Assembly (NCBI GenBank): GCA_028534125.1
Contig: CM052817.1
Location: 3,226,001-3,290,000 of the forward strand
Length of the DNA stretch: 64,000 nt
Direction: 5' to 3'
Source of the DNA: Lama glama
Lineage: Eukaryota
Shown here: in pieces, positions 1-12,633 of the stretch
Position numbering within the stretch: position 1 is the first letter of the stretch
Layout: every line of letters starts with the position of its first letter
The notes under the pieces: generated by a model
The model's database searches: none
Seen by the model: the letters and a program-made list of their open reading frames with translations, nothing else
Told to the model about the DNA's origin: nothing
Position numbers and translations under genes: made by a program

Positions 1-382
1 CACAGGGCCAGCACCCTCATTTCCCCCTCATCCGTGCGTGTGCAGGGGGAGGCGGTGAGCGGGTGTGGGTGCGTGGCCAGGCGCCCACTGTCTGGAAAGC
101 CTTCTGAACCACCAGTGGCTGAAGGGACACGTGAAAGAACACATCGAAAAGCCCCCAGCACCAGGTCCTGCAGGCCCTGGGGACTGACTGCTCACACGCC
201 CCCGCCCCCCCCCACAGGGCAGGTGCCAATCACAGCACCAACCGCGTCGGAATATTTGTCTCTTTACTTGGCAGCACCGTTGTTAGGCCAGTCATCCTGA
301 CCTTCCATGGCTCAAAACCCTCTGAGAACCTGATGGGGGGAATGGTCTGCCTGCCTGGGAAAAGTGAGCATCAAATATGCTC

Positions 383-551
383 CCCCACACACACCCCACA
401 TGCCACACATTACACACCCCCCACACACACCACGTACCACACGTTACACACACACCACACACACACCACGTACCACACGTTACACACACACTACACATAC
501 CTCATACCACATATTACACACACACACACACATACACACACACACACACAC
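383..551. repeat. CA-rich compound microsatellite with an internal ~35-bp duplication
   Basis: (CA)n runs; CACACACCACGTACCACACGTTACACACACA occurs twice in tandem (~421-490). Confidence 0.9.
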
Positions 552-639
552 CCCTACTTGGTCTACATCTTGAGGCACCTGAGGGCCCTAGGAACCCCCA
601 CTCCCCCAACCGCAGGAGGAAGGACCTGGGAGTTTTTAA

Positions 640-1080
640 GACAAGACCGGGGCTGCTCGTCTTCGAGGCCCTGGCCAGCACGGGAGCGGTCAGTTCTGAC
701 TATGCCAACAAGGCGTGAAACGAAGCGCTCAGGGCCTCGCTCCGAGCGCCCCGCGACGGGCAGCAGGATTGGGTGCGGACGCGGAGACGGACGGTCCCAG
801 GCAGGACGGCGCCGCGGCCGGAGCGCCCAGCCCCGGTCCCACCCCCACGTGCCTCCTCCTCCGACGGGTGGCTCGGGGCCGTCCGCCCGGTGCGGGGGGC
901 ACACGCGGGGCAGGGCCGCGGGCCTGGGCGGGAGCCTGACTCGCGAAGTCTCCTTCTCCAGCAAGCTGCCGCTCGGTGCAGCTACCTGCGTCTTCTGAAC
1001 GCGCTGACACTCGGCAATTTCAGAGCTGGCGAGGTTTCCAAAAAAGCCCCCGGCGCTGTGAACTTGACTTAGCACGCTTG
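640..1080. promoter_or_regulatory. Intronic CpG-island-like segment
   Basis: Very GC-rich with dense CpG (e.g. ggacggcgccgcggccggagcgccc); no repeat recognised. Confidence 0.6.
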
Positions 1081-1539
1081 CAGTCATTAGTCTGGGGCCC
1101 CGGGGAGGGAGCCCGGGGAGAGGGTGTTAGTGGGCTAATCGTCAACCTGGAGACTGAAAAACGGGCTTGTGGACGATTATGGCCAGAATTCAATGGAGCT
1201 GTTCGCCCCGAGCACAACTGCCAAGTAAGGAAGGAAAACGAGATGCCAGGTTGCATTGGCCAAAAGCAAAATTCAAAGAGGGAGGCAGTCAGACGGACCC
1301 CAGGCTGGGGTGGGGATGCCGACCAGGGACGTCACCGAGAGGGTGACCAGCTGAGCCCCTCACCGCCGGCTGGGCCCCATCTCACCCCCGAAGCCTATCC
1401 TGAGCGGATGGGGGGCAACTGGAGCGGCCCCGCCCTTCTCCGGAGCTGCGTCTGTGCTCACGGGTGCGCGGGCCTGACATCTCCATTCTGACCACTTATA
1501 CGCCAGACCCGGGGCCAAGGGCACAGGCCAGGACGTGGC

Positions 1540-1725
1540 CCCTGCCCTCCAGAAGCTCGGGGTCTAGAGGAGAAAAGCCCTTCATAACACAGTGAGGAAA
1601 GGTGAGGGAGAGGAAGCCAGGGATGGGGGGAGAGTCCAGCAGGGCGTATCTAAGTCTACAGGGCGTATCAGGGAGGCTTCCTGGAGGTGGTTACAGCTGA
1701 GTGGCGTGCTGAGGACTCACACCTC
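1540..1725 (-). mobile_element. L2 LINE fragment
   Basis: ccctgccctccagaagctcggggtctag and cagggaggcttcctggaggtgg resemble the antisense L2 3' region. Confidence 0.55.
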
Positions 1726-4700
1726 ACCAGGGGAAGCAGGAGACTGGGGAGCAGGGACCCTGGCTGGGATGGCGGTGACCTGCGGTGAAAAGCTTCACTC
1801 AGTGCACAGTGGTCACGCAGGCAGGTCTGCAGGCTGGTGGGGCCTTGTCCCCAGGCCTCCAGGCTCCACAGAGGCCAGCACTGTCCACGAGAACCTCAGT
1901 GGGCCCCTTACTAGCTTACGCTTTTTATTTTTCCAAGGGAAATTATTAAAGGAAAATGACTATCCTCAACCACCAATTCATAGAAAAAAGGACACTTTCA
2001 TGCCCCCAAAGAAGGCAGGACCACCCTCAGATCAAGGACAGACATCCCTGAGGAGGCCGTGGCAGCCCTGAAGGTCAGCTCCCGCCCAGAGCACTTGCTC
2101 GGGAAGCACCGTGCGGGGTGTCGGGGGAGGACAGTGAACGGGGAGGCTGAGAAGGGGCAGGGTTGAGGGTGTCCCGGGGCGTGGTCACCGCTGGCTCTGC
2201 AGCAGGGCTGACTCCTAGAGGGTGGATTAAGGGCAGCTGCCTGCCGAGGGTGCAGGAGCTCCCGCCTCTTCCTCCCAGGACCGGGCTTGGCAGGTTCAAG
2301 CCCTGACCGGCTCATCAACAGAACCAGCATGGAGATCAGCGTCGCTCTCAGATTCCATCTGCTCTGACATCCTGGAGACACAGGGCGGCCCAGAGGAGAC
2401 ACCCAGAGAGATTTTGCTGGAATCTCAGATCCACCCACGATTGGATGTAGTTACCTTGAGAGAAAGTCAGTTCCTTCCCTGAGCCCCAATTTTGTCGGTG
2501 AGACCAAGATACGGATTCCTGGCGCACAGAGCTGTCGGAAGGATGAGATGAAGTCATCTCTGTCACACCAGGGGTCCGGGATGTGCTCAGGACCAAGCAG
2601 GGGTGGCAGGATGGAGACACAACTTATGGAGGGCTTCATGGAGGAAGAGCGGCACGGGCTGAACCAGGAGGTAGGGTAGTCCTAACATGAGGACTCTCCC
2701 AGGTGGCTCCTCCACCTCAGCCTGAGGACCCCGCCTCCAGAGCGGAGCGCGTCTCCGACGCACTGGTTTAGATGCTGGACTCATTATTTCATTGTTGAAT
2801 GGCTAATGAGAAATACACAATAACTAACACCGGAGACCCAGAGAGATCAGTTTGAGGATGACAACCCACGTCTTCCTGCGTGTAAATCCGTGGCCGCACC
2901 ACACAGTCAATGAAAATACCCCAAATCCAAAGCTATCAGCGGGGCTTTCTGTCCATGAGCAGGTGACAGGAAGGTTGATTCTGGTCCTGGGGCTCTCGGG
3001 CACTAAGCTCAACGCTAACAGTTAAATAGCTTCAAAGGAAAAGCTCAGTACAAAGAGCCCGATTCACTGGGGGCAGCCCCAGCCCCAGCCCGTTTATTCA
3101 GGAATGCAGTGGATGGATCCCCATCAACCTTGGGGGCCCCCATAATATCCTGCAGCAGTGTGTGACTGCAGACTAATGACGTGTCAGTGGATGCTACGCG
3201 TGGGGTCATGATCAGCAGCTCAGCCCTCGCTGTCCTGGAGGCTTTGCCACGTGCCACGTGCACTCCGTAGGGGGCAGGATGAAGTTGGCACAAATGGGGC
3301 AGGTCCAGCAGAGCCCGAGGAGACGGCCCCAAGGCCAGAGGACACCCCTCCCTGTTCTGGAGAAGATGCAGAAGCGATGCCTTCTTAGAAAGCCTGCTGC
3401 CGGAGAGGCGCCCTGAAAAATTCTGAGAGGGGTCGATGAATCTTCGCAGGTCTGGGAAGCAACCACTCCCAGCAGAAGGCCAGGAGCAAGGAGTCAGGCC
3501 CAGGTGCCAGAACGCCAGGGAGACCTTCAGCGCCTGAGTTACAATCGCCGAAGTCTTAAGGCCACAGAGACGACCATTTAGTCAATACTTTAAAAGTGTC
3601 ATCCACAGTCAAGTGGGTTTGAATAGATCTTATCCATCGCTAAAAAGACCCAAACCTCTCTTCTCCAACAGGGCACAAAAAGCAAATTGTCCTGTGATTT
3701 AAATTAGCTCCTCGTTGGAATAACTCTACTGCAGCTCACCTTATAGAGTTATAGGATCTTTATATTGAAGGCATGGAAACTCGGTTTTAAAGAGTAAATT
3801 ATTATAAGAAGGGATGGTTCATGGGAATGGAAATGGACTGGTCCGAGTTCAAGGCTTGCACTTAAAGAAGCCCTGTACCACGACTCATACAGCCAATGCC
3901 CCCTCTCTGGCCCCAAGGCGTCCTGCTCTCCCCACCCTGGGTGCCCCCACCTGTGACCTCTCAGTGACTTTGCTGATGCAGGTCCCCAGACCATCTCCAC
4001 CGAGACCACCCCTGAAGGGTGTTTCGTGGGTTTTCCAGGCTGTTCCGCTGCCAGTGGTCTACAAGCAGCGGCCCCCACCCCAGGTGGGTCTATACGACCC
4101 GGCTGTGCATTCCCCGTGCCCCCCACACCCTGACTTAGCCCCCACCAGGATGGACACGGAGGAGCACAGGTGTTTGACAAATGTGTGAGGAACAGAACTG
4201 GACAGAGGCTGCAGGCAGGTGTGATGTCACAGGTTATCCCGAAAAGTCCATCTGGGGGGGCGTCCTTGCACTGGGGAGGTGGCAGGCCAGACCGCGTCCA
4301 CCTCCTTCCTCACCCCAGAACCAACAGCAAAGCTTCGTTAAATGCACCCAAAGTATTTTAAAGTGCCGTGTTGCGCTGGCAAGGAAATAGGAGTCTTCAG
4401 AGGTCAAAAGCCACAGTGGTCACGGAGCTAGCTTTGCCAGCTCTCCCTCAGCACGGCTACCACCTCCTGGAGTGGCAGGCCCCACAGCCGCTCCCCAGTA
4501 GCCATGCTCCTCTTCTTCCTCACAACAGAGCCCTCAACTCTCAGCTGGACGTACGACCACACGGAACGGAGGCCACACTTCCCAGACTCCCGTGGAGCTC
4601 GGGGTGACTGTGCAACTAAATTTGGCCCAAGAACATGAGCAGAAGTGCTGTGTGAAGCACCTGGAAAGTGTCCTTAAAGTGACAGCATGCTGGTCTTCAC

Positions 4701-5181
4701 CCTCTTTCTCCTTCCTATACCTGGAATATGCACATAATGGCTGGTACTGCAGCAGTCCTTCTGGACCAGGCGGACCCTGCAATGGAAACCATGCAGACTG
4801 AAGCATAAAGAAGAACTTGAATCCCTTTTGCTGAGGATCATCAAACCAGCCCTGCACTGACCACTGCCAGATCTATTGGTCACAAGGGGAAATAAACTAG
4901 CCACCTTCTATCTTAATTAAGTCACGCTGATGGGGTTTGTATGTTATTCATGCCTGAAACTAACCCTAAGACAACGGGACACCTTGGATCTCTGTTTCGA
5001 GGGCTGCATGAGAGGTGGGGGTCAGGTGACAAAGCCAAGAGAGGGAACCTGGTAAGAGGCCCTCTGCCCAAAGCTGGGACCCCAGAGGGCTACGCCTTTG
5101 GTGTAAGGGTGAGCTGAGAGAAAACTCCAGTGTAGAAGCACGCCTGCCCATCTTTACCTTGTCCCTGGGAAGAGGAGTCAA

Positions 5182-5252
5182 GCACGCACGCACGCACACA
5201 GTCACACACACACACACACAGTCTCTCTCACACACACACAAACACACACACA
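5182..5252. repeat. (GCAC)n/(CA)n microsatellite
   Basis: Directly visible. Confidence 0.9.
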
Positions 5253-5670
5253 GTCCAGGCAAAATCATTGCTAGATGGATGAAAGTTCACTAACTTAATG
5301 ATAAAATGTTCAGTTTCCAAGAAAGACATGACAACATATGACACTCTAATCTCAGAGAATATAGCCTCCACACAAGTAAACCCAAAGTGGACAGAACCAC
5401 AAGCAAAAAAGTCACAAAGCTGCGCTGAGCCCACAAGGTGTGATGCAGCGCTCCCGGCAGCCAGCAGGCCAGCAGACACAAACCGGCGAGACTCTAGGAG
5501 ATTTAAACGAGCCTGATCCAGGGGTATGTTTGGGACGTTCTAACTAACTCCTGGGAAGCACAGTTCTTTCGGACACTTGGGAACATTCAGGATAAGACAC
5601 CAAGACTGTGTCCAAAAGCAAGTCTCTGCTGATGTAAGGGACTCCCGCAGGTCACGTTTCCTGACCACCC

Positions 5671-6167
5671 GTGCAGCTGGCAAGATAGTTCACCCCCCAA
5701 GATGCCCACGCCCTCACCCTGGGGACCCGGGAGTATGTGAACTTTAGTGGCCACAGACACTTTGTGGGTGTGACTAATTAAAGATCCTGAGGTGGGAGAG
5801 CACCCTGGGCCATCTGGGTGGGCCCGCTTTAATCACAAGGGTCCTGACGAGGGGGAGGCAGAGGGTCTGACTGAGGAAAGGGGGTGTGACAGTGGGAGCA
5901 GAGGGTCCCAGTCAGAGAGACTGAAGAGGTTCCGCCGCCGGCGTTGAAGATGGGGAGGAACCGCCAGCCAAGGGATGCGCTAAAGCCTGGACAAGTCAGG
6001 GACAGACGCTCCCCTAGGGTCCGGCCGGGAGCTCGGCCCCGCGGACGCCGCGACTTCAGCTCACCGAGATCATCGCGGACTTCTGACCGCCAGGCTCTCA
6101 GAGAATAGACTGCTGTTGTTTCGAGTTTGTGTTAAGGTGTCACAGCAGCAACTGGAAAACTAGTACA
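5671..6167 (+). mobile_element. MaLR LTR, MLT1D-like
   Basis: cccccaagatgcccacgccctc, gggcccgctttaatcacaagggtcct, ggacttctgacc and a terminal cacagcagcaactggaaaactagtaca match MLT1 structure. Confidence 0.8.
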
Positions 6168-7787
6168 AGAGGCAATCAGATTAGGAACTGATGAGAGAAG
6201 GAAGAGCACACAAAGCCCCGCAGACACTTACGCATTTAGAAGACCTCCCCGGGCCTCACTGAGGCTCTTAGGATGACGTCCAAGCCCTAGAGCCAGGACC
6301 CCACTCTGTTCCCTGCCGCCGGGCCGCCCCGCCCTGGCACCTCTCCCAGCTCCTCCCCAGCAGCACGCTCTGCCCCAGCCGGGCTCCCCAGAGGGAGACA
6401 GGAGGTGCCCTGGGCTGTACCGGAATCACAGCGGGTGTGGCCAGAAGGAACAGTGCATGCAGGAGGTGCGTGCAGTTAGCGGGGCAGCCCGGGGGCCGGG
6501 GCAGAAGCTACAGCTGTAAAGGAATCTGTGGCCTGGGGAGCTTCGTGGGGCACAGCTTGGGGTCTGGGGGGGCCTAGTTTTCCATTTGAAGGTCCCAGTG
6601 GCACATCTGCCCCCCCCCGGTGCCTGACTGCACCCCTTGCATGTGGCCCCTTCCTCCAAGATCCACATCCAAGTGGAGGTTGGCAGTAGGGTGAGGATGG
6701 AACCATTCCTAAGGCTGCCAAGGGGACAACCTGTGCCAAGCGCTAAGTGCCTTTCTTGGTGCCTGGCTCATGGACAGTGGTCACTTCCATCCTCAGAGGC
6801 CACACCAGTGCCCTCCCAGCCCTAGCTGGCTAGGTTGGCAGTGGCTGAAGGGCAAAGGGGTGCGTTCTGGAGTCAGACTGACTCTGCCAGCAGCTCAGGA
6901 GCCATGAGGATCTGGGGGCTCATGGTCTGGGTGACTCGCTGTGGCTTCCACACGTCACACCTGAGAAGTGGAGGATGCTGTGTGGAGTCAAAGAAACAGG
7001 GCAGAGGGTTCCCATGGACAAAGCCCAAGCAAGTTCGGCAGAACGAATGTTCCAGTGGCAGAAAGCAGTAGTGGGGGGAACGCCAGCATCTGCCTGCCTC
7101 TCGCCTCCTGCCGCCCACGCCTCCAAGAGCCCGCCCACGCCCTGCACACAGTAGGTGCACCCTGGCGCATTCATCCATCTGCCCACCGCCCATTGTCTGC
7201 ACCTCCAGGCTGGGCCAGGCTCGGCTCAGGCCAGCCTGACCCACGATCACTGTGAGGGCAGAGCCCTAGTCAGCTCCAGATGCAGAGGGCGGCTAGGACG
7301 CTGTGCCCCTCCTGTGGTCCCGCTGGGTTGGCGGCACAGTGAGTGCTTTTGAAGCCCCTTGCCCCCAGATGGACAGAACTGAGGGGGTGGGGGGATGGTG
7401 GCAGAGCCCCCACCTTGGCAACCCCAGGGGAGGAAGCCACGGCTCTCTCCTGGACCCTGGGGAGCCGGCTCCACCGTGAGTCAGGACAGCTGCCCTGCGG
7501 CCCCTCTGAGGTGACAGCATTGAACGCCACCTGAGCCTGTGCTCCCAGCAAAACCGACTGCGAGATCCCTGCCGTCTGTGCTCCAGGAAGGAGCTGCTGC
7601 GAGAACCCTGGCCCATGGGACCTAGGGGACACGTGGGGACCCCCTTGTTTACACGTGACACAGTCCCCCAAGTTCTATTTTTAAGGCAGCTGACCCAGAC
7701 TGAGGTCCCTGATGCTCATGCATTCATTCAACAAACACTCCCGCTGCCCGAATGCTAGGTTCCCCTCCGGAGCGTGGGTGGCCCCAG

Positions 7788-8293
7788 TGTATATGGGCCC
7801 CCAAATTCCACTCTCTGCTCATGAAAGAATTGCCACCCTGCGGACCCCACTGACCGAGCTGGACGAAGCGAGATACCCTGCCCGGACTGACTCACTCCTG
7901 AGGTTAGCAAAACCGGACACAGAATGACCCCTCCTGCACTGCCCCTCCTGAGGGTCAGCTGACCACAAAGCAGCTCACCGCCTGCTCACGCCTCCCCTGC
8001 TCCAGTCCTTCCTCCCACTTACTTCTCCCACAGAAGGAAACCCCCTCCCATCACCTGTGGGATGCTCCAGGTCTCAGAGTCAGAGCCCCCTCCCTGATGT
8101 AAAAGCACTGCTCCGTTATAATAGCCCCGCCCCTCATTGCTAGTCCCTCCCCCACTGTAATAGACCCTCCCCTATTGTAACAGCCCCTCCCCTATTGTAA
8201 TAGGCCCTCCCTCTATTGCACCAGCCCCACCCCCTATTGAAACTGTTTTCAAATCAAGCCTCTCCTAAAGTGGACTTATTTTTTTCTTTGACA
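7788..8293 (+). mobile_element. ERV1-type solo LTR, MER34-like (5' boundary uncertain)
   Basis: Ends in ttttttctttgaca with CTCCCCTATTG motifs in the 3' third; no clear TSD. Confidence 0.55.
8122..8241. repeat. 20-bp minisatellite, ~6 copies, inside the LTR
   Basis: Units such as tagaccctcccctattgtaa, cagcccctcccctattgtaa and taggccctccctctattgca. Confidence 0.9.
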
Positions 8294-9637
8294 GAGGAAA
8301 TCAGCCCCAGGCACAGCACAGTGCCTCTTCTGCGGTGTGACACTGTGTCATGGCTCCCTGGGGTTTCCTACTGGGGTTTTTCCAAATTCAAAGAGCTGAG
8401 CCCCTTACTCTTTGGAAACCCCGAGGGCATCCTGTGAGCCCCTCACCCCTTGAATAGAGCGGCTTCTGGAGTCTCTTCTCTCAGTAGGTGAGACCCCGCC
8501 CTTCGGCCAGGAGGTGCGGCGCTGGGCTGGCCGCTAGGGCCCCCAGCACCTGTCTACCCAGCTGCTCTGAGGTGGGGAGTGCCGCCAGGTGCCAGGACAG
8601 TTCCTGTCTCTGGGTCGCGCGGGTGTGGGCAGTGAGGCGCCCAGCACAGAAAGTGCCCAGGGAGCCTGAGGTGCCCGGTGGAGACGCATCGTCCCCGTGA
8701 GCCCTGCACGGGGTGTTGGAGCCGGTGCGCCTCCACGGCTCTCCGAAGGAACTCGGCTTCCTCCCAGATCCTTTTAAAATTACATTAAGAAATTAACAAG
8801 CTTGTCTGAGGGGAGGTCGAAACGGGTTATAGCACAAAAGGAGAGAAAATTTGAAAGAACAAGATCTTCCAGGGCAATTTACACATAATTGGGTATCTTT
8901 CTGAGCCTGCTAATTAAACAGCATTTTCCCTGAGTCCTGGCACCGAAGGGCACTTTGTAGACAGAATCTGACACGCGGGTCTGGCAAGTCCCTATAAAAA
9001 GCCACCTGAGCGGGGAGCACTGTCTGTGCGGCAATCCAGAGCGACAGCTCTCCACGCGGGAGGAGCCGTTAGCCACGCCCCTGCCTGAATCAGCATCTCC
9101 CCGGCTCCCTCCGCATCCTCTGCCCTCCCAGAAAGGGATGCTGGAACGTCCCCTATCGCACACATCTGCGCCAGGCTCACATATCCCTTCTTTTATATAC
9201 TGATGTCTGCTAACCCAACAGGAGTTGTTTAATGTCTTGTGAGAACAGCCAACGCCCAATCAAAAGGTACACTGTGCTGCTGAGTCAAGCCTGTGGGGAA
9301 GAGCGCCTCTCGCGCCAGCGAAAGCATCCCTTGCAGCAGTGCAGCCTTCACGGGGAACCGCCAGTTTCCGCAGTGGTGACGCTTGACGGGGAAGGTGGAG
9401 AGGGCAGCTGCCGCGCACCTGTGGGTCCCCACAGGCCCAGGGCGCTGCAGACGCCAGACCGTGACCCCCGCGGGCAGGTGCACCATGAAATACATCCAGA
9501 GCAGCAGAGGGCCTGGCACCTGGAAAGCGCTCGGTGAGCCCCTGTGCGTGCACGAAGACTAGAATAGAAGGGCCCTCCGCCCACTCGCATAGGACGGCGA
9601 AGAGATGAGGAAGCCCCGGAATCTGGACATCCAGGGC

Positions 9638-10920
9638 TGTGGCATAACAAGTGTCTGTTTGGTCTTTGTCTCAGGTTCCCGGCACACAAGACCTAAACCT
9701 TCACAGTCTCCAGAGTGTTGAAAGTGTCTTGTGAATGAGATGACTGGTGGAGGGGGGCCCCTTAGTGTCAAGATGGGGGCTGGTCAACAGACAGCCCAAG
9801 GGGAGATTAGAGAGTCAGAACTGCCTTCCCCCGACCCTACCTCCAGCCAAGGGAGAAGTTTGAGTTCTGTCACAAATAGCCATCATGCCTGCACAGCGAA
9901 CCTCCTGGAGACACCCACACAATGCGTCTCCAGAGAGTCTGAGCTGGTGACTATGGAAGCAGCTCTTTGCCCCACTCCTGTTCGTCCGTCTCTGTCCCCT
10001 CTAACCTGAAAGAACCTGAACGTAAGAACGAGATCACTAAGCAGTGACGCTAACTCCTGCCCTGCGCTCCCTGGACGCACACCACGCCTCTCTGACCTGG
10101 CGGTTCTTTTCCTGGGCAAAAAGAAGAATGACGAATGAAGCAGTTAAAGAGTGATCAGCTCCCTACCCTCAACGGCCCCCTTGGCAACCCTGCAGGCAGG
10201 CAGGCAGGCAGATCACGCGGCCGTGATAGCGTCTGAAGAGAGAGTCCGCCAGTCTGCACGCAGCGGACAAGGATGCGGAAGCCAGCCTCCTGCCTCGACG
10301 AGTCACGAGATTCTCCCCCACCTTCTCTCCCTTTAAAGACTGCCATGGCTGAGCAGAATCTTTGGGGTTGTCTCTGGACACGAGTCCACCCTCTCCCCAG
10401 GTTGCCGGCTTCTCTGATTAAAGCGTCTATCCTTTCTACTAACACTTGCCTCTTGATTATTGGCTTCTCAGCGACGAGCAGCCAAACCCGAGTTCAGTAA
10501 CAAACACATCCAGGTGCGGGAGGGTGGTGCCCCCGGGGGGAGGCGTGGATGCTCCCCCCCACCCCAACCCCGTTCCCGGTCCTGGGCGGCTGCTCCTCTG
10601 CCTGTTCCCGAGCTGTGTCCTTGACAATAAGCCAGGATGAGCAAGGGAAGCGCTCTGCGCCAACTCTGTGAGTTGCCCTAGCGAACTGCCCACTCTGGGG
10701 GAAGGGTCGTGGGAAACCCTGAATCCATGGCAGGTCTGTCAGAAGCGCGGTGACAACCTGGAACTCGCTGCTGTTGCCTGGAGTCGGGGCAGTTTTCTGG
10801 GACCAGGCCCTTGACCTGTGGGGTCTGCGCTGATCCCAGGTGACAGTGTCAGAACAGAACTGGGGAGTCGAGAGGGAGGTTGGGGAGGGCGCCGCACATT
10901 TGGGGGCAGACGTGTTGCTC
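9638..10920 (+). mobile_element. MER21-like LTR split by a nested LTR
   Basis: 5' part: tttggtctttgtctcaggttcccggcacac, gatgggggctggtca. It resumes at 10503 with aacacatccaggtgcgggagggtggtgccc and continues to cctgtggggtctgcgctgatcccaggtgacagtgtcagaa. Confidence 0.75.
9952..10502 (+). mobile_element. ERV solo LTR nested within the MER21-like element
   Basis: ~550 bp interrupting MER21; TATA-like ctttaaaga, ATTAAA signal and LTR-type end cccgagttcagtaaca. Confidence 0.65.
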
Positions 10921-11309
10921 CGGTACAGCTCGTGTCCCATCTCCTTGGGTCCTCGAAACAGCTCGGCAAAGATGCTACTGTCATTGTCCCGACTTTGCAG
11001 AGGAGGAAACAGGCACACGGACAATGCAGGCCTGGAATGATGAGCGGCTGACGAGGGAGCATCATTCCCAGGGCACGCCCCTAGATACCCAGAACTCCAC
11101 TGCAAGCCCCACGTGGGGCTGGTGTTGAGGAGGAAAGCCCCCGACACCCCAAATCAGGGCCTCCTCTGTGGCCCACGAGAGCAAAGGGCAGGCCTCCCTT
11201 CATTCCGAAGGTGCATTCATTTTACTTCCCGCTCAAGGCCACATGAAGACACTGTGGCAGGCAATGAACATTCGTGTTAGTGAATCCCACAGCCCCCACA
11301 GTAGGCAAC

Positions 11310-11410
11310 TGCACCTGTTGATGGGGAAACTGAGGCTCAGGGGCCAAGGTCCTTCCCCGCGGCACACAGCTGGCAGTCAGTGCCAGCAATGGGATGGGGC
11401 CCAGCACCCT
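11310..11410 (-). mobile_element. MIR SINE fragment
   Basis: gatggggaaactgaggctcag...cacacagct core. Confidence 0.7.
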
Positions 11411-11469
11411 TTCTCTGGACAAATCCACCCCATTCCTCTCTGTCCTTGTTTTTATTTCCCTAGAGACCA

Positions 11470-11580
11470 GGGACATTTGACAGCAGGAATTGAGTGTCTT
11501 TATTTTGGTATCACCTGCTGTCGCTCAGGTCCAGGCAGTCAAACCTGCTCAAAAGAGGCTGAATAAATGAACGAATGAAA
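11470..11580 (+). mobile_element. L2 3' end
   Basis: Ends in tgaataaatgaacgaatgaa, a typical L2 tail. Confidence 0.6.
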
Positions 11581-12344
11581 AACAACCTCAAAGAGGAGAC
11601 TGTCAGGATGGTTCCATAAATGCCCATTTGGTCTGTGTTCTGTGCTTTATGAGCAGAGAGTCTCCATGTGGCATCTTCCTCTGCACAGGCTCCCGCGAGG
11701 GGCAGAGACATCCCTGCAGCCAGCGCGTCTAACCATAATGACAGTATTACTCATTTAAAAATGGGTAATTTCTGCAAAGTAAGTTCCAGCAGCTCAGCTG
11801 CGGTGCTCCTGGGCTAATTGGCCAAAGGCGTCCCCGCCTGTCACTGTGGCATCAGCTCTTGTTTTCACTGTCCACCCAGGGCTGCCCGCAACTCACAAGT
11901 GCCCACGATTTGGCCAGCTCTCGGCAGGGCTCCGAGCAGCGGCCTCACCTGGAAGCGATCCTGTCTCTCAAGGGCTGCTGAGGCCTGGCTGGGGGTAAAG
12001 ACGACAGAGGGCGAGAGGCTGGGGACCAGGGAAGGCAGGGTCTGGGAGGGACCTAGGACAGCTGGGTCATCTTACAGCCCCCACCACTGAGCGAGGGTCC
12101 ATTTGCTCTGACGTCAGCAGGTGTTTCTGCCCCTTGGTAACAGGCGCCTGCGGCAGGCTGCACTGTCCAACAGCGACCACGGTGAGACCTCCCGCCTCAC
12201 CTGCCCTTCTGCACTGTGACCTGCCCGCTCCCTGACTAAGAGGCAGAGGCCCCGTCCCCTCCCCGATCCTGGGCTTGGCTTGGTGATGCTCCAGGGCTTC
12301 TGAGGCGCAGTGCAGGGAGCCTTGCACATCCATCTGGGCCCCTT

Positions 12345-12633
12345 GGGATGCTCAAAAATGTTCCCTCTCAGAACCCAGCCACTAGGACACTCAAGTCACC
12401 TGCAGAGGTCACATCTAGGTGTCTACACGCTCCAGCCGAAGTCCCGCTGAGCTCTCAGCCAACTGCCAGTATCAACTGAGGGGCCGATCTGGACATCAAG
12501 CCCAGTAGAGCCTCCAGATGAGGGCGGCCCAGCCGGGCAGCCCACCACAGAGCCGTGGGGATAACGACAAATTGACGTCTTAAGCCAGTAAGTCTTGGGG
12601 AGCATCGTTGGGCAGCAGTACAGAACCAGGGCA
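12345..12633 (+). mobile_element. MaLR LTR fragment, MLT1G/H-like
   Basis: tcagaacccagccac, gctgagctctcagccaactgccagtatcaact, ttaagccagtaagtcttgggg, gcagcagtacagaacc. Confidence 0.65.

Noticed and set aside
292..998. His/Thr-rich and Cys/Val-rich ORFs
   Set aside because: Produced by the CA repeat and the adjacent GC-rich stretch.
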